Part shown: positions 63,699 to 64,000 of the stretch, one piece after another
How positions within the stretch are numbered: the stretch's first letter is position 1
Layout: each line of letters begins with the position of its first letter
DNA from: Vulcanimicrobiota bacterium
GTDB taxonomy: Bacteria > Vulcanimicrobiota > Vulcanimicrobiia > Vulcanimicrobiales > Vulcanimicrobiaceae
Direction of reading: 5' to 3'
Length of the DNA stretch: 64,000 nucleotides
Assembly: GCA_963795855.1 (NCBI GenBank)
Contig: CAWCIZ010000001.1
Span: 416,001-480,000 of the forward strand
Notes under the pieces: model-generated
Databases searched by the model: none
What the model was told of the DNA's origin: nothing
Seen by the model: only the letters and a program-made list of their open reading frames with translations
Program-made: the position numbers and the translations under genes

Positions 63699-64000
63699 TT
63701 GGAACCTCTAAGTAGCCAGCCGGTCCCGCACGCCATCCCATCGTACGAAATCGCCGCCCTGGCGGTGCTCGTGCTGCTGGCGGCGTTCTTTGCAGCCTCG
63801 GAAGCAGCCCTCGTCGGGGTCTCGCGCCTGCGCGCACGCGCCATGATGGAGCGCGGGGTCAAGCGGGCCCGAGCGGTCGTCCACCTGGTGGAAGATAAAA
63901 ACCGATTCCTGACCTCGATCCTGATCGGCAACACGATCGTGCTGCTGATTGCGGACTCGCTCGCGACCTACGTCTTCATCGCAGCCGGCATTCCGAACGG
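63699..64000 (+). CDS. CNNM/DUF21 (hemolysin-family) membrane protein, 5' part
   Basis: Manual translation: LAAFFAASEAALVGVSRLR..RFLTSILIGN. Start uncertain; runs off the window. Confidence 0.85.
   Translation, partial: MEPLSSQPVPHAIPSYEIAALAVLVLLAAFFAASEAALVGVSRLRARAMMERGVKRARAVVHLVEDKNRFLTSILIGNTIVLLIADSLATYVFIAAGIPN

Overview
High-GC bacterial chromosomal window, mostly housekeeping. I found no rRNA, tRNA, CRISPR array, transposase or prophage. The gene order (rpsB-tsf-pyrH-frr-uppS-cdsA-dxr-rseP-ispG; hit-rpsU-yqeY-nfeD-floA-phoH-ybeY-dgkA), the short EF-Ts, the archaeal/eukaryote-type ProRS, the copper-amine-oxidase stalk proteins and the Pro/Thr-rich S8/S53 lipoproteins suggest a Terrabacteria lineage, possibly Eremiobacterota/Vulcanimicrobiota (inference, not verified). 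Contents in order: (1) 1-8 kb dTDP-amino-sugar/glycan-tailoring island; (2) 8-16 kb translation and MEP/undecaprenyl cluster; (3) 16-29 kb mixed genes including proS, an Amj-type flippase and a GtrA plus two GT-C glycosyltransferases module; (4) a flavin-disulfide reductase-nitrilase-nadE-cinA operon; (5) tandem subtilase lipoproteins; (6) an overlapping metY-CoA-binding-luxE-like-luxC-like-class III aminotransferase-oxidoreductase operon, divergent from a lone leuC/leuD-type pair; (7) S53 protease, rpmE, a structured 125-bp tandem repeat, prfA-prmC-pyrG; (8) the rpsU-floA-phoH-ybeY-dgkA region. Best candidates for new biology: the luciferase-less LuxE/LuxC plus aminotransferase operon (a predicted carboxylate-to-aldehyde-to-amine pathway), the UAG-punctuated structured repeat directly in front of the RF1 gene, and an unannotated 21-codon ORF with its own SD and terminator. 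About a dozen frameshifts after 21.9 kb most likely reflect sequencing or assembly indels.
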